In this document: positions 37,762 to 49,599 of the stretch, piece by piece
How the letters are laid out: every line of letters starts with the position of its first letter
Numbering within the stretch: the first letter of the stretch is position 1
Origin: Squalus acanthias
Lineage: Eukaryota
Direction of reading: 5' to 3'
Assembly (NCBI GenBank): GCA_030390025.1
Contig: CM059432.1
Coordinates: forward strand, 102,550,001 to 102,614,000
DNA length: 64,000 nucleotides
Program-made: the position numbers and the translations under genes
Notes under the pieces: model-generated
Told to the model about the DNA's origin: nothing
Databases searched by the model: none
What the model saw: only the letters and a program-made list of their open reading frames with translations

Positions 37762-39414
37762 CTACTATATTTAAGAGCTTAGTGAGCTTTATTGGAACAT
37801 GCACTCCCACAATCTGTCTGTACACTTGAAGCACTGCTTTAACATGGATATCATAATTATCCTGATCATGGCTATCTCAAAGGGGTCATAAGCCACAGAT
37901 GAAAAGGGTATCCTTTTGTTGAACAACAATCTGGCGAGCCTGCTTTCTTCCTCAAATAAATCAGGCACAGTGTGTTGCCTCAAAATGAATGCTGCCAGAG
38001 AACCAGGCATTTACTTGCATAATTTGGTGCCTGCACATTCATTGAACATAAGAACATAAGAAATAGGAGCAGGAATAGGCCATTTGGCCCTTCGAGCCTG
38101 CTCCGTCATTCAATAAGATCATGCCTGATCTTCTACCTCTTCTCCACTTTCCTGCACTATCCCCATATCCCGTGATTCCCTTAATATTCAAAAATCTATC
38201 GATCTCTGTCTTGAATATACTCAACAACTGAGCCTCCACAGCCCTCTCGGGTAGAGAATTCCAAAGATTCACCACCCTCTGAGTGAAGAAATTTCTCCTC
38301 ATCTCAGTCCTAAGTGGCCGACCCCTTATTCTGAGACTGTGATCCCTGGTTCTAGACTCCCCAGCCAGGGAAAACATCCTCCCTGCATCTACCCTGTCAA
38401 GTCCGAAAAGAATTTTGTATGTTTCAATGAGAACACCTCTCATTCTTCTAAACTCCAGAGAATATAGGCTTAGTCTACACAATCTCTCCACACAGGACAA
38501 TCCTCCCATCCCAGGAACCAGTCTGGTGAACCTTAGTTGCACTCCCTCTATAGCAAGTATATCCTTCCTTAGGTAAGGAGACCAAAACTGTACACAATAC
38601 TCCAGGTGTGGTCTCACCAGAGCCCTATATAATTGTAGTAAGACATCTTTACTCTTATACTCAAATCCTCGTGTAATAAAGGCCAACATACCATTTGCTT
38701 TCCTAATTGCTTGCTGTACCTGCATGTTAACTTTCAGTGATTCGTGTACAAGGACACCCAGGTCCCTCTGAACACCAATATTTTCCAATCTCTCACCATT
38801 TAAAAAATACTCTGCTTTTCTATTTTTCCTACCACATTATATTCCATTTGTCATGTTCTTGCCCACTCACTTAGCCTGTCTATACCCCTTGAAGCCTCCT
38901 TGCATCCTCCTCACAACTTACATTCCCACCCAGCTTTGTATCATCAGCAAACTTGGATATATTACATTTGGTCCCCTCATCCAAATCATTGATGTAGATT
39001 GTGAATAGCCGAGGCCCAAGCACTGATCCTTGCGGTACCCCACTAGTTACAGCCTGCTAACCTAAAAATGACCCGTTTATTCCTACGCTCTGTTTTCTGT
39101 CCGTTAACCAATCCTCAATCCATGTTAGTATATTACCCCCAATCCCATGAGCCCTAATTTTGTTTAATAACCTCTTGTGCGGCACTTATCGAATGCCTTC
39201 TGAAAATCCAAATACATCACATCCACTGGTTCCCCCTTATCTATTCTGCTAGTTACAACCTCAAACAATTCTAACAGAGTTGTCAAACATGATTTTCCTT
39301 TCATAAATCCATGTTGACTCTGCCCAATCCTATTATTATTTTCTAAGTGCCCTGTTACCACGTCCTTAATAGTAGATTCTAGCATTTTCCCTACTACTGA
39401 TGTCAGGCTAACTG

Positions 39415-39558
39415 CTTTTTTCCAGTTCTGACGAAAGGTCTTTGACCTGAAACGTTAACTCTGTTTCTCTCTCCACGGATGCTGCCTGGCCTGCTGAGCT
39501 TTTCCAGCATTTTCTGTTGTTATTTCGGATTTCCAGCTTCCGCAGTATTTTGCTATCA
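39415..39558 (+). mobile_element. 144-bp Penelope-like / retrozyme-like insert
   Basis: 6-bp TSD TAACTG (39409-39414, 39559-39564) inside CR1. Contains a hammerhead motif. Related pieces at about 47040-47108 and 62418-62548. Confidence 0.7.
39424..39460 (+). ncRNA. Minimal type I hammerhead ribozyme motif
   Basis: AGTT-CTGACGA-A-AGGTC-TTT-GACCT-GAAAC-GTT-AACT: conserved core boxes, 5-bp stem II, 4-bp stem I, loopless palindromic stem III. Confidence 0.65.
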
Positions 39559-39889
39559 TAACTGGTCTGTAGTTCCCCATTTTCTCTCTCCCTCCTTTCT
39601 TAATAGTGGGGTTACATTTGCTACCTTCCAATCCATGGGAACCATTCTAGAATCTATGGAATTTTGGAAAATGACAACCCATGCATCCACTATCTCTATA
39701 GCCACCTCTTTCAAAACCCTAGGATATAGGCCATCAGGTCCAGGGGATTTATCAGCTTTCAGTTAATTTCTGCAGTACTATTTTTTTACTAATACCAATT
39801 TCTTTCAGTTCCTCATTCTCGCTAGACCCTTGGTTCTCCACTATTTCCAGGAAGTTTTTGGCGTCTTCTTCCGTGAAGACAGACACAAA

Positions 39890-42377
39890 GGGCTGAATTT
39901 TGCCAGTGCTCAGAGGCGGGTCCGCTGTCAGAACCCGCTGTGAACCCACCTCCATGTAAGTTTCCAAAGTGTCGGGTCTGTGATTTCAGAACAGACCCGA
40001 CAGCAAGCGGCGGGGGAGGCATTTAAGATACTTAACTGCTTGTGAAATGCTTGTTTACTATTATTTTGCCAGCCTTTTTCTATTTTACCACATTTTTAAT
40101 GGGGTTCACATCGTCAGGTAAGTAGGTCGGGTTCTCCATGTCTCCCCATTGCTGTGAATAGGTGACAGCTGCAAAAGTGGAATGAAACCATTTCACAGCT
40201 GGTCACTTTCCAATGTCAGAAGCTTGAGCCTTCAGGACTTGGAAGAAACTTTTGAGCTGTATGCAGTTTGGAAGTGTTTGGAGTAAACTCTCTATCCACT
40301 GTCACCTCCTTGGAACAAGCTCTCTCACCATTGACAGATCACTTCTGTCATCTGAAACTCAGCTGCCATCTATTCAAGCAACGTCAGTGCCCTTGAAAAA
40401 ATCTCACCTTGGTCGTCTGAATCCCTCCATGATTAGCCCCAACACCAAAATCACCAGGCACACCAACATCACCAACAACAATACCAACCTTCTCCGCAAT
40501 CACCTGATGCTGCACAGGACACAGGGCATCAGCACCCGATCACATTGCTGCTTGGGAGATCAGCGATAGCAATCACCATGGCCAGATTTACTTTTTTAAA
40601 ATTTGTTTATGGGATGTGGGCGTCGCTGGCAATGCCAGCATTTACTGCCCATCCCGAATTCCTTATGAGAAGGCGCCTTCTTGAACCGCTGCAGTCCGTG
40701 TGGTGAAGGTACTCCCACAGTGCTGTTAGGTAGGGAGTTCCAGGATTTTGACCCAGCGACGATGAAGGATCGGCAATAGACTTCTAAGTCAGGATGGTGT
40801 GTGACTTGGAGGGGAACTTGGAGATGGTGGTGTTCCCATACGCCTGTTGCCCTTGTGCTTCTAGGTAGAAGAGGTCATGGGTTGGGAGATGCTGCCGAAG
40901 AAGCCTTGGCGAGTTGCTGCAGTGCATCTTGTAGATGGTACACACTGCAGCCACGGTATGCCGATGGTGGAGGGAGTGAATGTTTAAGATGGTGGATGGG
41001 GTGCCAATCAAGCGGGCTGCTTTGTCCTGGATGGTGTCGAGCTTCTTGAGTGTTGTTGGAGCTGCACTCATCCAGGCAAGTGGGGAATATTCCATCACAC
41101 TCCTTACTTGTGCCTTGTCGATGGTGGAAAGGTTTTGGGGAGTCAGGAGGTGAGACACTTGCCCCAGAATACTTAGCCTCTGACCTGCTCTTGTTGCCAC
41201 AGTATTTATGTGGCTGGTCCAGTTAAGTTTCTGGTCAATGGTGACCCCCAGGATGTTGATGGTGGGGGATTCGGCGATGGTAATGCCGTTCAATGTCAAG
41301 GGGCGGTGGTTAGACTCTCGCTTGTTGGAGATAGTCATTGCCTGGCACTTCTGTAGGGCGAATGTTACCTGCCACTTATCAGCCCAAGCCTGAATGTCAT
41401 CAAGGTCTTGTTGCATGCGGGCAACATTACTTCACTTGACACTGTACACCCTGGCTGCCACATGATGCAACCCACAACATCACCATAAAGCATTCCTACA
41501 ATGACCAAGCTATTCCTTTCACACTCATGACAATTGCGGGGGATAATGTTATGTCTCACATTCATTGCAACTCACTAAGACACTTCCAAAGGTGAGCACA
41601 GATCGGTACAATAAGGCAATAAAGATTTCAATGTTTGACAACACATTCACAGAAAATTTACATGAACATTACATAGAGCATCCAAGTGCCTACCCTTGTG
41701 TGTTGTTAGTTGGTATGATTGCACTAGGATGAGGGTGAGTGTGAGGGATGGCTAGTGAGATGGGGAAGTGATAATGTAGGTAGAGAGGGATGGGTGGAGG
41801 TGCAAGGTAAGTTGGTGTGAGTAAGGATGTGCAGGAGTAGGGTAGGGAAGGCAGAGTTATGGGGATGTGATGAGTGGCACAGCAGGATGAGGTTGAGTGT
41901 GGCTTTGCAGTAACGTTTCGTGATCTACTGAGATCATTGAAAGGTTCGCGCCACTGGAGAAAGGTTTTCGTCATGGCATCCCTACTTTTGCCCTCCTGTG
42001 CAATGTGCAACCAGGCTGGGGAGGTAGCTTTCGCCCTTGGAAGGGAAGAGAACCTCCCTGCTTGCTGGGTGCAGACATGCACCTTTGTGCAGTGCTTGTC
42101 AGTGTTTGCAGCAACTCAATGCTACAGAACACTGACAGCACAACTGTCAAAATTAATGCGGCCATGGTCCATTTAAGGAAACCGGCTGGTGACGTGTCAT
42201 CAAATGACGTCATCAGACCCGCTTCCTTTTAAATGGCTGTCAACCCCGCAGTGCAGGCTTAACAAGCCCTATTAAAGGAAAACCCTTTTTACAAAGCGGC
42301 TGCAGCTGGGAGCGTGACCAAAACCCACCAACAACCTCTCCCGCCATGATCCCGCCTCTGCTGGCAAAATTGTGGCC
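39890..42377. mobile_element. Non-autonomous Harbinger element with a nested LINE family B fragment
   Basis: TIR GGGCTGAATTTTGCCAG / CTGGCAAAATTGTGGCC, flanks AAA. Myb remnant (WREPFNDLSRS) on the minus strand at about 41915-42080. Confidence 0.82.
40590..41422 (-). mobile_element. 3' fragment of LINE family B
   Basis: ORF 40784-41416 (MQQDLDDIQAWADKWQVTF...) plus hairpin tail. Confidence 0.92.
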
Positions 42378-43163
42378 AAAAATATTTGTTTAATTTCTCT
42401 GCCATTTGCTTAGTCCCCATTATAATTTCTCCTGTCTCATCCTCTAAGGGACCCACATTTATTTTCGCCAATCTTTGCCTTTTTACATACCTATAGAAGC
42501 TTTTACAGTCTATTTTTATGTCTCTTGCTAGTTTACTCTCATATTCTATTTTCCCTTTCTTGATCAATTTCTTGGTCCTCCGTTGCTGAATTCTTACACA
42601 GACCTCTAATTTCCTGATTTATACTCTGCCCTACATTACAACTATTGTTTGGGGTCTATAAACAACTCCCACCAATGTTTTCTGCCCCTTTCTGTTTCTT
42701 AGCTCCACCCAAACTGATTCTACTTCTTGATTTTCGGAGCTAAGATCCTTTCTCTCTACTGTCTTTATCCCATCCTTTATTATCAGGGCTACCCCTCCTC
42801 CTTTTCCATTTTGCCTATCTCTTCTAAAAGTTAAGTATCCTGGAATATTTAGTTCCCAACCTTGGCCAATTTGCAACCACGGGGGCAATTTTCTCACTGG
42901 AGGCGGGTTGGAGGCGGGTTTCAGTTTGGGTTGGGTTCGAAACCCGCCTCGACTGATAGTTTTGAAAAAGTTGCAATTTTCCCGATTGACCACTTGATTT
43001 CAGAGGTGTGGGTTGCTCTTGGTCAATTAGTGTTTTGGGACTGAAACTCGCCCCTGCTGACATCACTTTTCCAGCCTCATTTAAGGGCTGCTTGCTGCCT
43101 TGGATCCTTCCACTGGATTTCTGCCAATGCTGCACCACTTGCAACATATTTTGAGAAACCACT

Positions 43164-43330
43164 ATGTCCAATTCCAAGGCAAGGGCCTCCCCAAGGTACT
43201 CGGATGAAGCGCTACAAATGTTGGTTGAGGGGGTGACAGCTAACAGGGAGGTGCTCTTCCACTCATCTGGGAGGAAGAGGCCTCCCAAAGAAACCAAGGA
43301 TGTGTGGGTCCAGCTGGCAAGAGATATACC
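43164..43330 (+). pseudogene. Harbinger Myb/SANT (trihelix) protein, N-terminal fragment only
   Basis: MSNSKARASPRYSDEALQMLVEGV...VLF...WVQLA; similarity stops before the W..C.K.F.D helix. Confidence 0.75.
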
Positions 43331-43589
43331 TCCAGATCTGTGTGCAGATTGGGTGAATGTTTATGTGTATTGATGAAATGCCATTCCTGTTGGAAAGCAT
43401 TAAAATGATTTGATGGCAAAATGTTGGCGTGATGGCATCTGTTCTTTCGCCTTAGGCAGCTCCACATTGCAGGCTCCGCGACACTTGCGTTGTCAGGTTG
43501 GTGGCCAGAGTGAAAGGAGGCCAGAGAGTCATGTCCATTGTCAATGATGTCTTAAGATGGAGCCAAGGACATGTGCCAACGTGGGTAAC

Positions 43590-44867
43590 CTATGCAAATC
43601 TGGCCAGGATAAGTTCAACCCTTGCATCACGGGCAGCCATGTGCTCGCGTGCTGCTGCTGCTGCTGGTTGATAGACCGGTACTCTGTCCTCCTCCTGCTC
43701 CTCCTCATCCTCCTCCTCCTCATCCTCCTCCTCCTCCTCCTCCTCCTCCTCCTCATCCTCCTCAGCTGAGGAGGCCTGGAACTGAGCCACTTGCTCATCA
43801 GGAAGCTGCAAGCCACGACGCTGTGCGATGTTGTGCAGTGCACAGCAGACCACAACCATTCTGGAGACCCTGGCTGCTGAATAATGCAGGGCTCCACCTG
43901 ATCGGTCAATGCATTGGAATCGCATCTTCAACAACCCAATGGTTTGCTCGATGATGGACCTGGTCGAAGTGTGGCTGGCGTTGTAGTACTCTTCAGCCTC
44001 GTTAGCTGGCCTCCTGATTGGCGTCATTAGCCACTTCTTCAGGGGGTAGCCTTTGTCACCAAGGAGCCATCCGTTAAGTTGGTTTGGCAGATTGAGAAGC
44101 GGAGGAACACTAGAGTGCCGCAGAGTGAAAGAGTCATGGCAACTACTACAGAACTTGGTGCAAACATGCAAAAACTCCTTCTTGTGGTTACATACCAGCT
44201 GTACGTTGAGGGAAAGGAAGCCCTTTCGGTTGACAAAGATAGCTGGGTTGTGATGGGGTGCCCTAAGGGCCACATGTGTGCAGTCTATGAGGCCCTGCAT
44301 CATTGGCATGCCTGCCATATTTGCAAAGCCAACCGAACGCGCGGTTATACTTGCTTGATCCCTTGAGAACTGAATGTAATTGTGGGCCTTAGCGAAAAGG
44401 GCATCAGTAACCTGTGTGATGCAACTGTGGACGGCCGACTAGGAGATGCCGCTGATGTCTGCTGATGATCCCTGGAAGGAGCCTGAGGCAAAGAAGTTGA
44501 GTGCGGTGGTGAGTTTGACAGCCACTGGTAAGGAGTGTCCACCTGTTCCTCTGGGCACCAGGTCTTGCTGCAGCAGTCCGCAGATCTCCCAGACAACCTC
44601 TCGTGAAAGTCTCAGCCTCCTTTGGCACTGCTGCTCACTCATGTTGAGGTAGCTCATCCTCTGTCTGTAAACCCTCTGTCGGGGGTATCTCCTGCAGCGA
44701 GGTGCCTCGATGCGCTGGCGCCTTCTGCCCTGTGCAGCATCAGGTGGCTGAGCAGGAGGTTGGGGCTCCTGCTGCTGTTGCTGCTGAGCTGCCTGGTTCT
44801 GCTGCTGCCGTGGATGCTCCTCATCCGAATCTGAGGTCCACGGTGAAAGAAAATGAGTGGTTCCCAT
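43590..44867 (-). pseudogene. Harbinger DDE transposase (425 codons) with a single in-frame TAG
   Basis: ATG at 44867. Frame is continuous to 43590 except TAG at 44439-44441. Motifs IDCTH, HDS, LLGDKGY, IEQTIG and an acidic tail. Confidence 0.92.
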
Positions 44868-45553
44868 GCTGCTTACAGATGCCTCCGTTGGGGAAGCGCT
44901 TATTGCAAGCGGGGAGAGGGCCTTCCAAGGAGGTCCCACAGTTGATAGATTCAAGCTGCAGCAGCTCCGACTTCGGAAGGCCTGCTAAAAGTGCTCAAAG
45001 ATCTTTTAAAGCAAAGTTCTGCCACCTGCAACTAATCCCTGATGAAATCTCCGTTTTAATGTTGGACCTGCAGCTGTGAGGAGACCACCCACTTGTCAAC
45101 CCGCCAGGTCTAGCTGGCGTGGTTTAGGAGGGTCGTGGAACACGCTGAAATGGTTGAAAATAATGAGGGCCTCTCAAAATAGGCTTAGAGAGGCCCTTAA
45201 TGAGCATTTAAACCTCTTAACAAGCTCTCTGGCCTGCTGGAGGCGGGACCATTCCCGCCCTGCAAAACCAGCACTGGCAAAATGGCGCAGAGGCAGGTTG
45301 GAGGCGGGTTCCGAACCCACACTCATTTTTTCCGATTTTCCCACCTTTTCTGCCTCCAAACCCACCTCCTCGGGGCTGAGAAAATCGCCCCCCACGTCTC
45401 TGTTATGGCTATTAGATCAAACCGGTTAATTTCTATCTGCGCTATTAATTCATCTATTTTGTTGCGAATGCTTCGCACATTCAGATATAGTGCCTTTAGC
45501 TTTGACTTATTTCTATTTTTCCCTGAATTTACCGTAGTCACTGATGCATTATT

Positions 45554-46316
45554 GGCCCTGAAATTCGCCTCTCCGGCTTGCCGCGGGGGTAACGATCGCG
45601 CGCGCACTTACCTACCGCGCCTGTTGTTGACCTCTGGGCCCACGGGAACTTTAGCTCCTGGGCCTGCTCCAAATGCCGGCGCGCAGTGTTTGCATGTCCC
45701 AGGGGCGTAGTTAGTGCGATGCGTCCCCTGGGATCACGTGGGCCATGGAGAGCCAATGGCAGACCATCTTTCATTCAGAGATTTGACAGGAAGGCCTGTC
45801 AAATCTATGAATTGAAATCAGCCCCAAAAGAACAGCTAAACTTCAAATAAATTTTTAAAAAAACCATCACATTTATAAAATAACTATAAGTTAAATAAAT
45901 TAACTACTTTAAACAAAAATGTAAATTTTTGAAAAAATTAAAATACTTTTTAACAGTGCTAAAAATAAACTTACCTTTCTTTAAAGTATCTAAAAAAGAT
46001 AAACCTGTTGAAAAAATTTTTAAATTATAATTAATTGACCACTTACCTTGTTGAAAACGGGTTCTGTGCCTCCTTTTTAAAAGCACAGGTTCTTCAATAC
46101 TTACCCTCCTGGAGAAACCTGAAAAAAAACCTAAGTTTGCTGCGTGCGCACAGCCTCTACCGCGCACGCGGTTCACCTCTGAACCACTGCCTTCACCAGA
46201 CCGGAAGTTCCGGTTTCCCGCGCATGCGCAGTGCATGCAGGAAACTGGCACTTCAGGAGGCCTTGCGGGTGAGTACACAGCACGTACTCACCCGGCAAGT
46301 GCCGAAGTTTTGGCCC
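45554..46316. mobile_element. AT-core Harbinger-type MITE
   Basis: 3-bp TSD ATT; termini GGCCCTGAAATTCG / CGAAGTTTTGGCCC; twin of 36398-37163. Confidence 0.88.
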
Positions 46317-47116
46317 ATTACCTTTGTTACTCTCTCTGTCGCTTCCTGACCCACTCTGCTTATTTTTACCCAAAACTCTACTCTGCTCTACAGCCTTGAC
46401 ATTTCTCTCACTGCTTTTAAATTTACTCTTTCCTGAATCCTCACACCACCCCTGCGCCCCCCCCACCCCCCGCCCACCTTCATTAGTTTAAAACCTTGTC
46501 TACTGCCCTACTTATTCGATTCGCCAGGACACTGGTCCCAGCCCGGTTTAAGTGGAGCCGGTCCCAATGGAACAGCTCCCTCTCTCTTTCCCCAGTACTG
46601 GTACCAGTGCCCCATGAACTGAAACCCCTTCCTCCCATTACTTTGAGCCACGCATTTAAACCTCTAATCTGTTTGTCCCTATGCCAATTTGCACGTGACT
46701 CAGGTAACAATCCAGAGATTATTACCTTTGAGGTTCTGCTTTTTAATTTGGATCCTAGCTCCTCAAACTCCCTCAGCAGAACCTTGTTCCTAGTTCTACC
46801 TATTTTGTTGGTTCCTACGTGGACCACAACAATTGGATCCTCCCCCTCCCACTCCAAGTTCTTCTCCAGCTGCGAGGAAATGTCTTTAACCCTGGCACCG
46901 GGCAGGCAGCACAACCTTCGGAACTCTCGGTCGTGGCCGCAGAGTTTGATTTGAATCCCTTTCTGTTCACAAAATCCACGGCGTTCAACAACATTAGCAA
47001 CAACAACTTTCAAAAAGTAAACTACTCCAGAATCTGTAAATCTAAATATAAAAACAGGAAAAGTTGGAACTACTCAGCAGGTCCTGCAGCATCTGTGGAG
47101 AAACAGAAGATAGTGT

Positions 47117-49245
47117 GGGGTAATTTTGACATTAGGCAATAGTTTAAAATGCACAATTTCGCTTGGCCACCTGTTAAATACCTCTCCCGACTTTAGTTAA
47201 CGGTAGTGAATATCGGGAGAGGTGTTTAACAAGTGCCGAGCCAATATCGCACGTTTTTCACCCATATGGCTGCCACATGCTGTACTAGGTTGCCCCCGCA
47301 CCCCCACCCCCCTCCGTCCAACAACACCACAAAGCAGCCCTACAATGACCAAGCCATTCCTCACACACAAACCCCCATAGCTCGAGATTAAGTAATGTCT
47401 CAGCATTCACTTCAAGTGACAAAGCCACTTCCCAGTTAGCAGGCAAAAGTGGACAACACAGGAAAGTGGTGCAAAGAAATAAATTTATGTGCGTCATAAA
47501 TACAACTGAAACTTAACATTAACATTTTGTCATACACCCATGAGCATACCCTTCTGCATCAAGGATTGTGCCTTTTTTTGTTTACGCATGCTTCTATGAG
47601 GTGCAACCCCTGTGGCTTCAGCAGAGATAGAGACAGGCTGCTCACTTCACTGCTGCGACTGCTTTGACACTTTTGGTGGACGTCCTCTGGGTTTTGGAGC
47701 CTGTGAGGACCCTGCCAAAGACTGCTCCTCCTGCAACTGTGCAGGGGTAGACACAGCCATCGGGATCTGAGGCAGCATGTGGGGCTCTGACTGAGGAGGA
47801 GGCAATGGGGAAGAAGTGGGAGCATTTGAGAAGAGCCCCCACTTCCATGTCCCCTCTCAACATCATCCATCTCATGGGCCACCCACAATTCCCTGCTAGC
47901 AAGGAGCTGGCGAGCACCTTGCTGCACATCAGTGGGGCGATGAACGCCCAAGTCTATGTTGATATCACTCCTCAAGATGAGGTCAATGAGCATCTGCAAT
48001 CTGTTGTTCACAGCAAGCATGTTCTCATTGGATTGGTGCATTAGCTGCTCCATGTAGGTGGCCATCCTATCCTTGGAAGAGCCTACAATCGCCATCGCCT
48101 GCGAGATATTAGTGCTCATGTTGGAGATGGACTCCTCCATTCTCTGTACATTTGCAGACATCTTAGGTGAAAAAGCTGCCAGAGCCTCACGCATTTGTTG
48201 CTGCTCCTCCAAGATCACCCTCTTTCTCGACGGCCCCTGAGGTTCAACATCTGCATGCAGCTCAGCAGAGCTTGGAGTGTCCTGCGCCCTCCGGTGAGGA
48301 GGCTCCACTGCTGTCCCTGTCAACAGCATCTGCTCTTGCTCACTTATGATGTGAGAGACACCAGATGACAACATTACTCTATGTCTCACAGGACCCACCG
48401 AGGTGTGCGTATCTGCACTGGTGCTGGGTGCATGTGGGTCTGTTGATGGTGCACTCTCAGAGGCTGGAGCGCCCTCTGAGGAGTCGTCTTCCTCCTCCGG
48501 CTGGACAGTGGGGTGGGGTGGGGGGGGCACTTGATGGACATGTGGGAGAGTAAAGAGATGAATTAGAAATGTTCTAATAATAATTGGTAACGTTACCATT
48601 ATACACATGATGAAATTTCACTGAGAATTGGTGTCAAATTACTGAAGACTGGAGGGACACCTCCGGTTCTCTGCCTCTCCCTATTGTTGTGCACTCTTCT
48701 CCTGTAAGGAGGGAAAGAAGAGAACTTTGAGTGAGAGTGATGGAATGAGTGTAAGGAATTGATGGGCTACATCTTTAGAGGGTAACTATAAGGAAGTGGC
48801 GTGACATTGCCAAATGTCCTCCTTCTGAGGAGTTACTTGCTATGATTGCATTAGGATGAGGGTGAGTGTCAGTGGTGGTTAGTCAGATGGGGATGTGAGT
48901 AGGTGCATAGACAGTGAGGGATGGGTGGACCTGCAAGGTAGGTTCGTGTCAGGAATGATGGGCAGAAGTAGGCTTGGGAAGCCAGAGTGATGGGGTTGGG
49001 GTGACACACACATCAGGATGTAGGTGGAGTGTGGCATTGCACTCATCTTTCCTGACCTCATGAAATCATTGAATCTTTTCTGGCACTGGATCCATATCCG
49101 CCTTACCACTGCTGACCTACTCTGTGATCTCCAGCCATGTTCTTTCCGTCTCTTTGGGTGGCCGTTTTCGTTGATCGCCAGGGAAGAGAACCTCTCTGCG
49201 TGCTCTTACTGCCTGCATCAGAACTTCCAGGGAGGCATCTTTATT
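47117..49245 (-). mobile_element. Harbinger fragment carrying a multi-exon Myb/SANT accessory gene
   Basis: Left terminus GGGGTAATTTTGAC. Exon 1 at about 49245-49045 (EVLMQAVRARREVLFP...WIQCQKRFNDF, frameshifted). Long last-exon ORF 47559-48608 with acidic/Pro-rich and coiled-coil-like segments. Confidence 0.72.
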
Positions 49246-49538
49246 TGGCTTTATTGCAAGGGGGATGGAGTATAAAAGTAGGGAAGTCTTGCTACAACTG
49301 TATAGGGCGTTGATGAGATCACATCTGGAGTACTGCGTACAGTTTTGGTCTCCTTATTTAAGGAAGGATATACTTGCATTGCAGGCAGTTCAGAGAAGGT
49401 TCACTAGGTTGATTCCTGAGTTGAAGGGGTTGTCTTATGAGGAAAGGTTGAGCAGGTTGGGCCTATACTCTTTGGAGTTTAGAAGAATGAGAGGTGATCT
49501 TATTGAAACATATAAGATTCTGAGGGGGCTTGACAGGG
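49246..49538 (+). mobile_element. CR1 RT C-terminal fragment
   Basis: MEYKSREVLLQLYRALMRSHLEYCVQFWSP...LDRV, ending abruptly at the LINE family B tail. Confidence 0.9.
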
Positions 49539-49599
49539 TTTATTTTTATTCACTTATGGGATCTGGGCATCGCTGGCAAGGCCAGCATTTATTACCCAT

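Larger units (their letters stand above)
42881..45392. mobile_element. PIF/Harbinger transposon (2512 bp): near-intact transposase, truncated Myb gene
   Basis: 16-bp TIR GGGGGCAATTTTCTCA / TGAGAAAATCGCCCCC (1 mismatch) and 3-bp TSD CAC. Two convergent genes. Confidence 0.95.
38044..46940 (-). mobile_element. One CR1 LINE (tail to ORF1 esterase) broken by four nested insertions
   Basis: Pieces 38044-39414, 39559-39889, 42378-42880, 45393-45553 and 46317-46940 rejoin in order (KLNKYF|VSVFTEED; AITETW|LQ; CLPGA..VHVGTN). Confidence 0.88.

Noticed and set aside
43685..43775. Poly-Pro, poly-Leu and poly-Arg ORFs in other frames
   Set aside because: Shadows of the (GAG/GAT)n acidic tail of the transposase.
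43590..44867. Domesticated host HARBI1 gene
   Set aside because: Bounded by TIRs and a TSD, inserted in a CR1, and carrying a nonsense codon, so it is a transposon copy.
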